Source: Pristiophorus japonicus
Taxonomy: Eukaryota
Reading direction: 5' to 3'
Assembly (NCBI RefSeq): GCF_044704955.1
Contig: NC_091999.1
Span: 11,036,001-11,100,000 of the forward strand
Length of the DNA stretch: 64,000 nt
Part shown: positions 22,001 to 36,379 of the stretch, piece after piece
How the letters are laid out: each line of letters starts with the position of its first letter
Position numbering within the stretch: the first letter of the stretch is position 1
Notes under the pieces: model-generated
Told to the model about the DNA's origin: nothing
The model's database searches: none
The model's input: only the letters and a program-made list of their open reading frames with translations
Made by a program: the position numbers and the translations under genes

Positions 22001-24036
22001 CACTTTTTATTTCTTGCCTTTATTTACTCGGCCATCCACTATTGCTTTTTACCTTTCTACCATCTGTTTCCGACTCCATATTAGGTTCCCATCCCCCTGC
22101 CATATAAGTTTAAACACTCCCGAACTGCATTAGCAAATGTTACCCCCAGGATATCAGTTCCAGTCCTGCCCAAGTGCAGACCGTTACTTTTGTACAGGTC
22201 CCACTTCCCCCAGATTTGGTTCCAATATCCCAGGAATTTGAATCCTTCCCTCTTGCACCACTGCTCAAGCCACGTATTTATTCTAACTATCCTGCTTGCT
22301 CTACTCTGATTATCACGTGGCACTGATAGCAATCCAGAGATTACTACTTTTGTTATCCTACTTTTTAATTTAACTCCGAGCTCCCTAAATTCAGCTTGTA
22401 GGATCTATTCTCGCTTCTTACCTATAACGTTGGTACCAACATGTACCACGACAACTGGCTGTTCACCCTCCTCTCCAGAATGCTCTGCAGTCGCTCCGAG
22501 ACATCCTGGACCCTTGCACCAGGGAGGCAACATTTAATTCTGGCGTTCTGGTTGTGGCTGCAGAACTTCCTCCTATTCCCCTTACAATAGAGTCCCCTAT
22601 CACTATAGCTCTCCCACTCTTCTTCCCGCACTTCTGTGCAGCAGAGCCACCCATGGTGCCATCAACCTGGCTGCTGGTGCCTTCCCCTGGTAAGTCATCT
22701 CCCCCAACTTATCCAAAATGGTATATCTGTTTTGGAGGGAGATGACTGCAGTGGACTCCTGCACTATCTTCCTGCTCTTGCCTTGGCTCTTGGTCACCCA
22801 TTCACTATCTGTCCTCACCCTTACATGCGGTGTGACCAACTCACTAAATGTGCTATCCACAACATTCTCAGCATTGTGCATGCTCCAAAGTGAGTTCATC
22901 CGCAGCTCCAATGCTGTCATGCAGTCTGTCAGGAGCTGCAGCTTGACACACTTCCCGCACACATAGGATTCAGGGACACTGGAAGTGTACCTGCCTTCCC
23001 ACATGGCAGAGGAGGTGCATGACATGGGTCCGAGCACTCCTGCCATGACTTAACCCTTAAATTAATTTACTTACTAAAATGTATTTAAACACCAAACAGC
23101 TAATTAGTAGTTCACATCCAATTGAACCAATCTAAAAGTCAGTCAAAAAGAAAGTTATACTTACCAGACATACAGTCAACCACTTACCAGCTTGGCTCTG
23201 ACGTCACCTCTCGATTTCGCACCCTTCTATCTTTGTCTGCAGCTGGTTGGGCTGGTCTCTGGGCCTCCGTCTCTTACTCTTGCACTCCTTATCAGCTGCT
23301 CTAGTGTCAGCACTGGTAGGAAAAACAAGACAAAACAGCACCTACCAACCCCAGTAGCCCGAACTCACCCACTTACCAAACTCACGAATGCCACTCTTTG
23401 CTGTTGAACTCCGTTCTCTGCACGAGCTGCCTCTTTTTAAACTGTATCTATGTCAGATGACTCGCTACTGGTCAGTTGTTTACAGACCTGGTTTTAACTA
23501 GCTGCTAATTGCCTCCTATTGGAGAGTTACCCTGATTTACTTTGCCTAAACCTTAAATATTCCCAACTATTTAACTTTACCCCTTTGAATTAAACTGCTA
23601 CTTACTTAGAAGCTACTGGCAATTGCCACTAACAATTTACTGCAGCCTCCAAATTGTTTAAAGAGAATAACCCTTAAAACTCACCCACTTACCAAACTCA
23701 CGAATGCCACTCTTTGCTGCTGCTCTCCGTGCTCTTCACAAGCTGCCACTTTTTAAACGGTATCTATGTCAGATGACTCGCTACTGGTCAGTTGTTTACA
23801 GAACTGGTTTTAACTAGTTGCTAATTGCCTCCTACTGGAGAGTTACCTTGTTTTACTATGCCTAAACCTGAAAGATTCCCAACTATTTAACTTTTCCCCT
23901 TTAAACTAAACTGCTACTTACTTAGAAGCTACTTGCAATTGCCACTCACAATTCACTCCAGCCTCCAAATGGTTTGAAGAGAATTACTCTTAAAACTCAC
24001 CCACTTACCAAACTCACGAATGCCACTCTTTGCTGC
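19045..24036 (-). mobile_element. Full-length CR1 LINE (5' tandem monomers, ORF1, ORF2, (TTTCTATG)n tail), inactivated by stops/frameshifts
   Basis: ORF1 Cys-rich N-terminus (22603-23046) and esterase motif VIGDSIVRG; ORF2 pieces 21942 to 19150 with CLNARSI, GDFN, FADD. Confidence 0.93.
23363..24036. repeat. 316-bp tandem repeat (~2.1 copies) at the CR1 5' end
   Basis: ACTCACCCACTTACCAAACTCACGAATGCCACTCTTTGCTG recurs at 23363, 23679 and 23995. Confidence 0.92.
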
Positions 24037-25489
24037 TGATCCATATCGGCCTGAGGTCACCACCATCACAGAAGCCAGTTTTCATCCAAGTGATCTCAAG
24101 AAAAGGCTGAGCTCTCTGGATACTGCAAAGGTTAGCGGTTCCGACAACATCCTCGTTGTCGTCCTGAAGATTTGTGATCCAGAACTAGCTGCGCCTCTTG
24201 TAGAGCTTCTCTGATATACCTACAACATTGTGGAAAAGTGCCGAGGTATGTCGAGTCCACATAAAGCAGGACAAATCCAATCCGTCCAATTCCCAGCCCA
24301 GCAGTCTATTCTCAATCATCACCAAAATGATGGAAGGTATTATTAACAATGCTATCAAATGGCAATTACCCACCAATAACCTTCTCAAAGATGCCCAGTT
24401 TGGGTTCCACAAGGACCACTCGGCTCCAGACATCATTACAGCCTTGGTCGAAATATCGACAAAAGAGCTGAATTCCAGAGACAAGAAGAGAATGAAAGCC
24501 CCTGATATGAAGGCAGCATTTGACTTAGTGTGACATTAAGGAGCCCAAGGAAACGAAAATCAATGGAAATCGGAGGGGTGCTCTACCCTGGCTGGAGACA
24601 TTTTCAGCAAAATAAAGATGGTTATGGTGGTTGGAGGACAATCACCACAGCCCCAGGATATCACTGCAGGGGTTGCTCAGGGCAGCATCCTCGGCTTAAC
24701 CTTCTTTAGCTACTTCATCGAAGATCTTCCCTCCATGATAAGTTCAGAATTGTGGAGTGTGGATATTTGCTGATGACTACACAGTGTTGAGTGCCATCGC
24801 AACTCCTCAGAAAGTGCAGCAGTCCTTGCCCAATTGCAGCACAACCTGGATGACATTCAGGCTTGGGCTGATAAGTGAAAAGCAATATTTGCGCCACATA
24901 AGTGCCTGTAAATGACAATCTGGAACAAGCGAGGGTACAGCCAGAACCGAATGAACGTCCTGAGGATCACCATTGACCGAAAACCTAACTGGACCAACCA
25001 TATAAATAACGCTCACAACAAGTGAAGGTCAGAGGCGGGGTAATGTGTGGCGACTGCACCACCTCCTGACTCCCAAAGGCACTTCCACCATCTGCAAGGC
25101 GCAAATCAGAAGCGTGATGGAATACTCCACATATTCCTGAAAGAGTGCAGGTCCAACAACATTCAATAAGTTCGATACCATCCAAGAGAAAACAGCACGC
25201 CTGATTGGCAGCCCATCCGCCACCTTAAACATTTGGTCCCTGCACAACCGGTGCACCATGGCTGCACTGTGCACCATCTGCAATGTGCACTTCAACAACT
25301 CGCCAAGGCCTCTTCGGCAGCACAACCGAAACCCGTGAATTTAACACCTAGAATTTGAAGGGCAGTCGGAAATTCCCTTCCAAGTTACACATCATCCTGA
25401 TTTGGAAGTATATCGCCGTTACTTCACCATCACTGGATCAAAACACTGGAAATCCCTCCTTAATAGTACCATCACCACACAAGCTGATG

Positions 25490-27172
25490 TGGTATAACCT
25501 TCCGGAAATACTAGGGGACCGAGTGTCTAGCGAGAAAGAGGAATTGAAGGAAATCGTTATTAGTCTGGAAATTTTGTTAGGGAATTTGATGGGATTAAAG
25601 GCTGGTAAATCCCCAGCGCCTGATAGTCTGCATCCCAGAGTATTTAAGGAAGTGGCCCTAGAAATAGTGGATGCATTGGTCGTCATTTTCCAACATTCTA
25701 TAGATTCTGGATCAGTTCCTATGGATTGGAGAGTAGCTAATTTTACCCCAATTTTTAAAATGGAGGGAGAGAGAAAAGAGGGATATATAGACCGGTTAGC
25801 CTGACATCTGTCGTGGGGAAAATGTTGGAATCAATTATTAAAGATAAAATAGCAGCGCATTTCGAAAGCAGTGTCAAGATCGGTCCAAGTTAGCATGGAA
25901 TTATGAAGGGGAAATAATGCTTGACAAATCTTCTAGAATTTTTTGAAGATGTAACTAGTAGAGTGGAGAAGGGAGAACCAGTGGATATGGTCTATTTGTA
26001 CATTCAAAAGGCTTTTGACAAGGTCCCACACAAGAGATTAGTGTGCAAAATTAAATCACATGGTATTGGGAGTAATGTATTGACGTGGATAGAGAACTGG
26101 AAGCAAAGAGTAGGAAAAAACGGGTCTTTTTCAGAATGGCAGTGAGTGACTAGTGGGGTACCGCAAGGTTCAATGCTGGGATCCGAGCTATTTACAATAT
26201 ACATTAATGATTTAGACGAATAATTGAAGGTAATATCTCCAAGATTGCAGATGACACTAAACTGGGTGGTAGTGTGAGCTATGCGGGGGATGCTAAGAGG
26301 CTGCAGGCTGAATTGGACAGGTTAGTTGAGTGTGCAAATGCATGGCAGATGCAGTATAATGTAGATCAATGTGAGGTTATCCACTTTGGTGGCAAAAACA
26401 GGAAGGCAGATTATTATCTGAATGGTGACAGATTAGGAAAAGGGGAAATGCAACGAGACCTGAGTGTCATGGTACATCGGTCATTGAAAGTTGGCATGCA
26501 TGTACAGCAGGCGGTAAAGAAGGCATGTTGACCTTCATAGCGACAGGATTTGAGTATAGGATCAGGGAGGGCTTACTGCAGTTGTTCAGGGCCTTGCTGA
26601 GGCCACACCTTGAATATTGTGTACAGTTTACGTCTCATAATCTGAGGAAAGACATTCTTGCTATTGTTGGAGTACAGCGAAGTTTCACCAGACTGATTCC
26701 AGCGATGGCAGGACTGACATATGAAGAAAGACTGGATCGACTAGGCTTACATTCACTGGAACTTAGAAGAACGAGAGGGGATCTCACAGACACATATACA
26801 ATTCTGAAGGGATTGGACATGTTAGATGCAGCAAAAATGTTCCCGAATTTGGTGAAGGCAAGAACCAGGGGTTATAGTAGAAGGATAAGGGGCAAGCCAA
26901 TTAGGACCGAAATGAGGAGAAACTTCTTCACTCAGAGAATTCTGAACCTGTGGAAGTCTCTACCACAGAAAGTTGCTGGGGCCAGTTCATTAGATATATT
27001 CAAAAGGGATTTAGATGTGGTCCTGACGGCTAAAGTGATCAAGAATAATAGAGAGAAAGCAGGAATGGGACAGTAAAGATGCATGATCAACCATGCTCAT
27101 ATTGCATGGTGGTGCAAGCTCAAAGAGCCGAATGGTCTACTCCTGCACCGATTTTCTATGTTTCTATGTTTC
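25490..27172 (+). mobile_element. 5'-truncated CR1, degraded
   Basis: ORF fragments 25355-27076 match CR1 RT; tail TTCTATGTTTCTATGTTTCTA. Confidence 0.9.
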
Positions 27173-29599
27173 TACGTTTCAAGATGGCGGCTCACCACCA
27201 TTGTCTCAAGGGCAATTAGGGATGGGCAATAAATGCCGGCATTGCCAGCGACGCCCACATCCCAAGACGAGTAAATCTACTACGTTTCCACCCCATGAGG
27301 AAAGAAGCATTACTCTATCTGGTTCTGGCGAATTGGTGGGCTAAGTGACCAAAGTCTCAGTCGGGGAAAATTTAGGTAACTGTGAACATCGTATCATAAA
27401 TTTGAGATTCGCTCTGGAAACGGACAGGGAGCAATCTAGTCTAAAGTACTTAATTTGAGGAAGGCCAATTTTAGTTGGCTGAGAGCCGATCTGGCCCCAA
27501 TAAATTTAAATCAAAATTGGCTGCCAAAACTGCATTCAAACTCTAGGTTGGCTTTAAAGTTGAGGTGGTTCGGTACAGTCGAGGAACATTCCCATGAGAG
27601 AGAAAGTTAGGACAACTAAAAGCACCATTCCCTGGATGATGAAAGCGATAGAGAGTAAGTTCAAGCAGAAAAAGAGCGTGTATCAGGTTGAGAATACAAG
27701 GGAGAATCAGGCTGAATACAGAAAGTTCAGAGAGGAAGTGAAAAAGAAAATGAGAGGAGGAAAGAGTGAAAATGAGAATTGGTTGGCAGATAAAATAAAC
27801 GGGAATTCAAAAGTCTTCAATAGGTGTACAAATAGCAAATGGATAGTAAGCAGAGGGGTGGGGCCCATTCGTGACCATGGATGCAGAAGCTATGGCTGAG
27901 TTACTAAAGGTGTACACTGCATCGGTCTTTATCAAGGAAGTAGCTGCTGCCCAAGTTGTCGTGAAAGAGCACGTAGTGGAGATACTGGTTGGGATAACAT
28001 TTGATCAAAAGGAGGTACGAGAAAGACTGGCTCTATTAATGTAGATATGTCACCAGGACCGGATGGGATGTATCCTTGGTGGCTGAGGAAAGCAAAACTG
28101 CAATTTGCTGATATATTGGCTATAATCCTCCAATCCTTTATGGACAGGTGGTGGTGCCAGAGGACAGAAGAACTGCAAACGTTGCACCATTGATCAAAAA
28201 ATGTTGTAAGGATAAACCCAGTAACTACAGGCCAGTCAGTTTAACTTCGGTAATGGTGAAGCATTGCGAAACGATAATCAGGGACAACATTAACAGTCAC
28301 TTGGACAAACGTGGATTAATTAACGAAAGGCAGCACAGATTTGTTAATGGGATCTCGTGTTTAACTAACTTGGTTGCGTTCTTTGATGAGGTAACATAGA
28401 GGGTTGATGAAGATAATGCGTTGATGTTTTGTACATGGAATTCAGAAAATGCGTTTGAGAAAGCGCCATGTCATAGACATGCCAGCAAAATTGAAGCCCA
28501 TCGAACAAAAGTGAAAGTGGCATCATGGATACGAAATTCACTTAGTGACAGGAAACAGAATAGAGGTGAATAGTTGCGTTCCAGAATGCAGGAAGGTAAA
28601 GAGTTTTGTTCCCCAGGGATCGGCACTCAGACCACTGCTATTCTAGTTATATATTGGTGAAATAGACTTGGGTGTGCAGGGAACCATTTCAAAACATGTA
28701 GATGAAGCAAAACCTAGAAGTGTACCGAACAGTGAGGAAGAAAGTGATGAACTTCAAGAGGACACAGGCAGGCTGGTGAAATGGGCGGACACGCGCAGTT
28801 GAAATTTAATGCAGATAAGTGTGAAGTGCTGCATTTTGGGAGAAGGAACGAGCAATGGTGCAATTCTAAAGGGCATGCATGAATAGAGAGACGTCGCAAT
28901 ATATCTGCAGAAATCGATGAAGCTGGCAGGGTAGCTTGCGAAAGCATTTAACAGAGCATACGTGATCCTCGGCCTCATAAATAGAGGCATAGACTACAGA
29001 GCCAAGCAAGCTTTGATGAACCTTTATAAAACACTGGTCCGTTCTGAATTGGTGTACTGTGTCCAATTCCGGGCTGCAAACATTAGGAAGGATGTGAAGA
29101 CGTAGAGAGGGTGCAGACAAGATATACAAGAATAATTCCAGGGTTAACGGACTTAAGTTACGTGCATAGAACCGCAGGTTGTTCTCCTTCGAGCACCAAC
29201 GTTTGAGAGGAGATTTGATAGAGCTGTCCAAAATCATGAGACGTGAAGCTGGAGAGAAAGTGTTATCATTGGTGAAAGGTAAGAGAACCAGACGACACAG
29301 ATTAAGGTAATTGGCATCAGAATAAAAGGTGACATGGGAAAATATATTTTTAAAGCGAGTGGTTAGGATCTGGAATGCTCTGCCTTGTCGGATGGTAGAA
29401 GCACATTCAATCGTGGCTTTCAAAATGGAGTCGAATAACTGGTGAAGCGAAAGTTTTGCAGGGCTGCGGAGAAAAGGCAGGGAAGTGGAATTAGCTGGAG
29501 TGCTGTTGCAGACAGCGAGCAAGGACTCGACTGGACGAATGGCCTCCTTCAATGCTGTAACTCTTGTATGATTCAATGATTATTATTATTATTATTATT

Positions 29600-31840
29600 T
29601 AAATGGCGAGAGATCAATGCTGATGTACAGTGGGACCTGGTGTCGTTGTGCATGAAACACAAACATTTAGTATGCAATTACAGCAAATAATCAGGAAGGC
29701 AAATGGAATGTTGGCCTTTATTGCAAGAGGGATGGAGTATGAATGCAGTGTATCCTGCTTCAACTGTATCGGGTATCGGTGAGACCACACCTAGAGTACT
29801 GCGCATAGTTTTGGTCTTATATAAGGAGGGATATAATTGCACTGGAGGCACTTCAGGGAAGGTTCACTAGCTTGATTCGTGAGATGAAGAACGGTTGAGC
29901 AGGTTTGGCCTTTACTCATTGGAGTTTAGAAGACTTTGGTGGCAAAAACCCGAAGGCAGAATATTATCTGAATAGCGGCAGATTAGGAAAAGTGGAGGTG
30001 CAACGAGACCTGGGTGTCATGGCACATCAGTCATTGAAAGTTGGCATGCAGGTACAGCAGGCGGTGAAGACGGCAAATGGCATGTTGGCATTCATAGCGA
30101 GGGGATTTGAGTACAGCGGCAGGGAAGTCTTACTACAATTGTACAGGGCCATGGTGAGGCCTCACCTGGAATATTGTGTTCAGTTTTTGTCCACGAATCT
30201 GATGAAGGTCGTTCTTGCTATTGAGGGAGTGCAGCGAAGGTTCACCAGACTGATTCGCGGGATGGCAGGACTGACATAGGAGGAGAGACTGGATAGACTG
30301 GGCCTGTATTCACTGGAGTTTAGAAGAATGAGAGGGGATCTCATAGAAACATATAAAATACTGACGGGATTGGACAGGCTAGATGCAGGAAGAATGTTCC
30401 CGAGGTTGGGGAAGTTCTGAACCAGGAGACACCGTCTAAGGATAAGGGGTAAGCCATTTAGGACCGGGATGAGGAGAAACGTCTTCACTCAGAGAGTTGC
30501 TAACCTGTGGAATCCTCTACCACAGAGATTTGTTGATGCCAGTTCGTTGGCTATATATGTATATGAGTTCGATATGGCCCTTAAGGCTAAAGGGATCAAG
30601 GGGTATGGAGAGTAAGCAGGAAAGGGGTACTGAGGTGTGATCAGCGATCATCTTATTAAATGGTGAGGCAGGCTCAAGGGGCCAAATGGCCTACTCCTGC
30701 TCCTATTTTTTATGTTCTTATTTTCTTATGATTTGCGAGAGAAACACAGCAAGTTGACGTGACATTGGACGATGAGATTATAAATGAGTTAAATGCACTT
30801 AAAAAAGAAAGAGGGTAACTGTGAAATAAACTATTCAAACTCAAATTGAATAAAACTTCTCATTCAGATGGATTACATCCGCGCATTTTAAAATGAACTA
30901 GAGAAGAGCTCGCAGAGGCATTACTACACATAATAATAATTCGTTAGAACAATGTGTTGTGCCAGAGGACTTTCGTATAGCTGATTGATATGTCTATATT
31001 CAGCTTGAGATAAAACATGTCCAGTGAAGTACAGACCCGTCAGCTTAGCATTAATCATAGGAAAAATTTTGGAATTGTTAATAAAGGAGAAAATAGAAGA
31101 ACATCTATTCTATGATTAATCTATGATCTATGAAACCAAAAATATACTGTGGAATATCAGCATGGATCCCTAAAAAGCTAAAGTCTTGATTGACCAATCT
31201 CATTCAATTTTTTGAACAAGGAACAGAGAGGAAGGACAAAACTAAAGTAGTATAAGTAATTAATCTAGATTTTCAAAAGGCCTTCGATAAGGTACCACGT
31301 AATAAACTAATGAATAAATTCATAACATCTGGAATCAGCGACAACTAGCAGAATGGATACCGAGCTTAACTCAAGACTGAAAGCAGAGAGTAAGCGTGAA
31401 TGGAAGCAATCCAAAGTGGCATATTATGGTAAGTGGTGGTCCACAATGGTTATGCTGGGACCACTGATGTTCACAATTTATATTAACTATTTAGAATTTG
31501 TAATTATAAACATAATTTCGAAATTTGCAGAGGTTATCAAAATGGGAGGAATATTTAACAATGAGGAGGACTGCAACAACTTCGAAAAAAAGTAAATAAA
31601 GTTGAAGAATGGGCATATACTTGGCAAATGTAAGTCAACACAGATAAATATGCGGCTTTGCATTTTGTTCAGAAAAAAATCTCCGAGTACAAATACACAA
31701 ATCACTAAAAGTAGTGACAAAGCCAAAACAAAGCAAACTAAGCAGTCGGGTTTATTTCGAGAGTAATTGAATTGAGAAGTCGGGAAGCTATGCTAACCTT
31801 ATATCTCAGCTGTTACACCAGACATGTAGTGCTGTGCCTT
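29600..31840 (+). mobile_element. Cluster of CR1 fragments (29600-29930, 29932-30730, 30735-31840)
   Basis: ORF 29905-30279 and 31353-31595 similarity to CR1 ORF2; 3' tail at ~30720. Confidence 0.8.
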
Positions 31841-34800
31841 CTTCTTAGGCAGTCCCTCGGATTCGAGGAAGATTCGCTTCCACACTAATATGAGTTCTCA
31901 GGTGACTGATGAATCCAATGCGGGACCTACAGTTTCTGCCACACGTGGGGCAGAACGTGGTTGGAGGGATCGGTGGGTGCAATGCTTGGCTTGCCGTGCA
32001 CGACTTCCGCTTTGCACTCGGCTTCCATGTACTCCCGACGAAGAGACTCGAGATGTTTGGCACCTTCGCGGATTCTTCTTCCTCACTTTGAGCAGTCTTG
32101 GGCTAATGATTCCCAGGTGTCAGTGGGGATGTTGCACGTTTTCAAGGAGGCTTTGAGGCTGTCTTTGAAGCGTTTCCTCTGCCCACCTGTGACTCACTTG
32201 CCGTTTCGGAGCTCTGAGTAGACTGCTTGCATTGGGTTCAAGAATCAGGAAAGCTGACGAACTGGCCCGTCCATCAGAGCTGACCGAGTGTGGTCAATGC
32301 TTCGATGCTGGGGATGTTGGCCTGAGTGAGAGCACTGGTGTTGATACACCTGCAAAGGATTTGCAGGATCTTGCAGAGGAAGCGTTGCTGGATCTTCTCT
32401 AGTGCTTTGAGATGCCTGTTGTACATAGTCCATGTCTCTGAAGAATATAGGATGGCGGGTCTCACTACTGCTCTGCAGTCCATGAGCTTGCTGCCGGGTT
32501 TGAGGTCCTGGTCGCCAAACATTATCTTGCTCAGGCGGCTGAAAGCTGCACTGGCACAGCGAAGGCGGTGTTGGACTTCATTGTCGACGTCTGCCCTTGT
32601 TCACAGCAGGCTCCAGATGTATGGAAAGTGGTCCACATTGGCCACGGCCCCGTCATGTATATTGATAATCCACAGAAATACTTTGTGGTTGGGCAGGCGG
32701 GTAGAGGATATTTGTCTGATGAATATTTAGTGCAATGCGCATAATCTGTATGCTTCAGTGAAGGTGTTGACAATGGTTTGGAGGTCGACCTCCGAGTGTG
32801 CGCAAACGCAAACATCAATGACTGAGGATGGGACGACCTCGGAGCTGGACTCGAGGCAACGGAGCTTGAATAATTTCCAGTTTGTTCTGTAGATAAGCTC
32901 CACTCCTGCGGGGAGCTCATTGAGGTTGAGATGGAACTTTGCAGCAAGGAAGATCAAGAAGAGCGTTGGTGCAATGACACAGAGTTGCTTGATCCTGGTC
33001 CGTACGTGAATTGGGTCTGTGGTGGATCCATTGGCCAGGATGATGGCTTGCATGTCATCGTGGTGTAGATGGAGGAGGTGTCAAAGTTTTGAGGGGAACC
33101 TGAGGAGGAAAATCCATAATCTTTTATGGTTGACAGTTCTGAAGGGCTTTGTGAGGTCAAAGAATGCCATATACAGGGCTTGGTGCTGATCTCTGCATCC
33201 TTCTTGAATTAGAAGAGCTGTGATGATCATGTCCATTTTACCCATTAATGGATGGAATCCACATTGCGACTCTGGGAGGAGTTCTTCAGCTACTTTGAGA
33301 TGGTGATTGAGGAGGATTATTGCGATGACTTTCCCTGTGGCAGAGAGCAGGGACACTCCTCTGTAATTACTGCAATCGGACTGAACACCTTTCTTGAAGA
33401 TGGTCACGATTACGGCATCTCTGAGATCTCCTAGCATGCTCTCCTCCTTCCAAATAAGACAAACGAGTTCTTGGATTCGCACCAATTGTGCTTCTTCACC
33501 ACGCTTTAGTGCTTTGATGGGGTTTCCATCTGCTCCTGAGGTTTTGTTGTTCTTCAGATATCGGATGACTTTTGAACCGGATGCCAGGCACGGCTTGTGC
33601 TGAAGTGCTAGTGGGTGGCACGCTGTGGGATGGACTCGAGGACAAACATGTCAAAGACAGAATCTCGCTGAAGGAGATCTTTGAAGTGCTCTTTCCAGCG
33701 GGCACTGACTGCCTCTCTGTACTTGATGTGCAACTACTCGGCCTTGCCCTGCATTGGGGTATAATCTTGGGTACATGGGCCATAGGTGGTCTTGACTGCA
33801 CTAACGAATCCTCGCACGATCTCCTGAAAATTCTACACCCAGCACCTGTTCTTTAGGTCACGAGTTTCACGTTGGACCTCGGCCGGCAGACGACTATAGA
33901 GCTGGTTTCTTGCACACGAGTTGTATTGCTGTTTCCTGTTCAGGAATGTCTGGTGCAAATTAGCTCCTGGATGTGCTGATCGTTCTCGTCCAACCAGTCT
34001 TAATGTTTCCTGGTCGAGTGACCAAGCGTTTCTTCACATGTGCTAATTATGGAGGCCTTCAGGGCAGACCAGGCAATGTGGTCACTCTGCGTCTCTGGAT
34101 CACTGGGAATCGTCACTTTGGATGGGAGGCGCTGGATGAATAGAGGTTTCTTCGAAGGGTCTTTGAGTGCTCCAGCGATGATTTTCGAGAGGCATCATTT
34201 CTGCTGCCGCCGCCTCTTTGGGGCTAGAGTGATGGAAATGGCAGAGTGGATTAGGCGGTGGTCCATCCAGCAGTCATCAGCTCCTGTCATGGTGCGGCAG
34301 ATGCGGACGTCTTATTGGTCCCTTGCTCAGATTATTACATAACTTAGCAGATGCCAGTGTTTGGAGCGAGCATATTGCAATGAGGCCTTTACTTGTTTCT
34401 ATCATGGCCCAAGGTGTTGGTTAAGACAAGGCCATGTTCTAAGCATTTCTTCAGCAGGTTTGAGTTGGTTTTCCATAACCCCTCTCTCCCAATTCGAGCT
34501 CCACAGAGTTATGTTTCCTTTCCAACTCTGGCGTTGCATTCGCCAAGGAGGATCAGCTTGTGGCCCGTTGGGATTCTTGTCAGGAATTGTTCAAGGCTGC
34601 AGCAGAATTCCTCTATGAACTCGTCTGTAGGGGCATATGCACTGATGAATGTAACGCATTGGTACTGAGCTAGGTTGAGTCGAAGGGTCATGAGGCGTTA
34701 CTTTATCCTGCAAAGGGAGTATCTAAGGACGCCCAACTAGCTCATTTTTATGGTGAAGCCTAGCCCATTGGGGATGCAAAAACCTCTGAGTGCCACGGCA

Positions 34801-35030
34801 GTGATATCAGTACGGAATTCCAGTCTGTCACTGTTGGCATTGTCCATGAGAGACCTGATGTTCCAGGTCCCGAACATTAATTTAAAGGATGGAAAATGGC
34901 TGTGAGTGAATTCCTTTTACATGGAGTGGAAGTTGCGCAACAGCTACCATACGGGCATGACAGCGCATGGTCTTGGTCCAATGGAAAAGGAATCCAAGAC
35001 GATTGGAGACGGGCAACGTTGCACAAACCT
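31840..35030 (-). mobile_element. RTE-clade LINE, near full length, degraded
   Basis: Endonuclease ISAYAPT; RT NYRGVSLLS, ESQCGF, FFDLTKPF; C-terminal CPTCGRNCRSRIGFISHLRTH zinc finger typical of RTE. Confidence 0.9.
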
Positions 35031-35119
35031 CATTCAAACACACACACACATACTTCGAGTCTCTTCCTTCCTCCTTGCCACGAGCCCTCTCTGCCTGGGT
35101 TTCACAGGATGCAGTGTCG

Positions 35120-35410
35120 GCCTGCTGACCTCGCTGTTGGTCCGTGCTGTACATTCCCTGGGCACCGACCCCACTGCAGGTCCAGCTCGTTGCTCGGTAT
35201 GACCTCGTTCCTGGGTCACAATTCGCTCCTGGGCCTCGACCTCGCACATGGTTCCCGACCCCGCTGCACCTGTCCCAGGTTTTGCTCCTTCTGACCTCAC
35301 TACTGGGTCCCGACATCACTCCATGGTCCCAAACATGCTGCGCCGTTTCTTCCCTCCGTCCCTCTGGACCTTGCTCTTGGCCCTCAACCTCGTTCCTCCG
35401 GACCTCGCTT
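35120..35410. repeat. Degenerate short-unit repeat (GACCTCGCT../CTGGGTCCC..)
   Basis: Recurrent GACCTCG/CTGGG motifs. Confidence 0.5.
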
Positions 35411-36379
35411 GACTCTGTAAAATTCTAGTCACCGCACTATAAAAAGGAACTGCAGAGAGTGCAAAAAAGATTTACAGGGGCCATACCTGAAATGCAAGGA
35501 CATTCCACTCAGGAAAGGATGAACTGGCTCTTTTCTCTTGAAAACTGAAGGCTCTGTGGTGCCCTCATAGAAACGTATTATACCTGAGTTCAGAGTATTC
35601 GATGGCACCTGATAGATGTGATATATTCTGCATGTGAGCGACGATTATGGGGCAGAGTAAATGAAGTTGAGTTTTATGTAACTTGTGCAGTAGCTGACAT
35701 GTAAATTTTTCTTGTAAACTTTTTTTTTATCTAATCCATGCTGTACCTGCCTTGGAAGTGTTCAATACCACATGTTGAACTGCTTTCTTGATCTTTTTCA
35801 TTTAGTTGCTTTAAAAATTAAGTTGCACACAATCAGTTGTAGTAATGCAGAATCAGCTCTTTATTCAAACTTCATACTTCACGAAACCAACATGAGAGCT
35901 ACCGAGATACACGTGCGCGCTAGCTACTTTTGATCTACACATGATCTGATTCCCGTGTGTGCTGCTAAAATAGTGTTCACTTACATTTCTCAGAAAAAGA
36001 TTGCCTTTGATCACTACAGTCCATGCATTCTATCATTAAATCACGGTACGTCAAAGGTACATAAAAATGCTAACAGAAAAACAATGTAAACTAAACGGAC
36101 AGGCACTCAACTCTCCTGAACTTGCTTTATTGCCGCAATCAACTCTTGCCATTTAATGTATTACTGTAACACAGATGACAAAGTTGACACATTTGAATAT
36201 GGCTGAATGACTCACATTTTCTATTATCCCCTTCACCGTTCCTCTAATTGATCTACTACCCACGTTACAACCCATGGTCAGCAGGATGCAATTTGAATTT
36301 TAACCCAGCTGATCTCACAGACCAAACAGAGTGCACAGCGAAGTACTCGGGTAAAACGGACTTTCTCTCCCATGGCACA

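Larger units (their letters stand above)
18258..27275 (+). mobile_element. Second LINE family (CR1/L2 group), degraded, split by two younger CR1 insertions
   Basis: Pieces ~18258-19044, ~24037-25490, ~27173-27275; RT remnants (QFGFHKDHSAPD, IFADD); tail ...GGGCAATTAGGGATGGGCAATAAATG. Confidence 0.75.
17333..29580 (+). mobile_element. Old CR1 (17333-18257 and ~27276-29580), outer layer of a nested LINE stack
   Basis: ORF1-end/endonuclease remnants on the left continue as ORF2 remnants (NYRPVSLTS at 28148-28399) on the right. Confidence 0.7.

Noticed and set aside
28866-29576. 236-aa minus ORF
   Set aside because: Antisense to a degraded CR1 3' region
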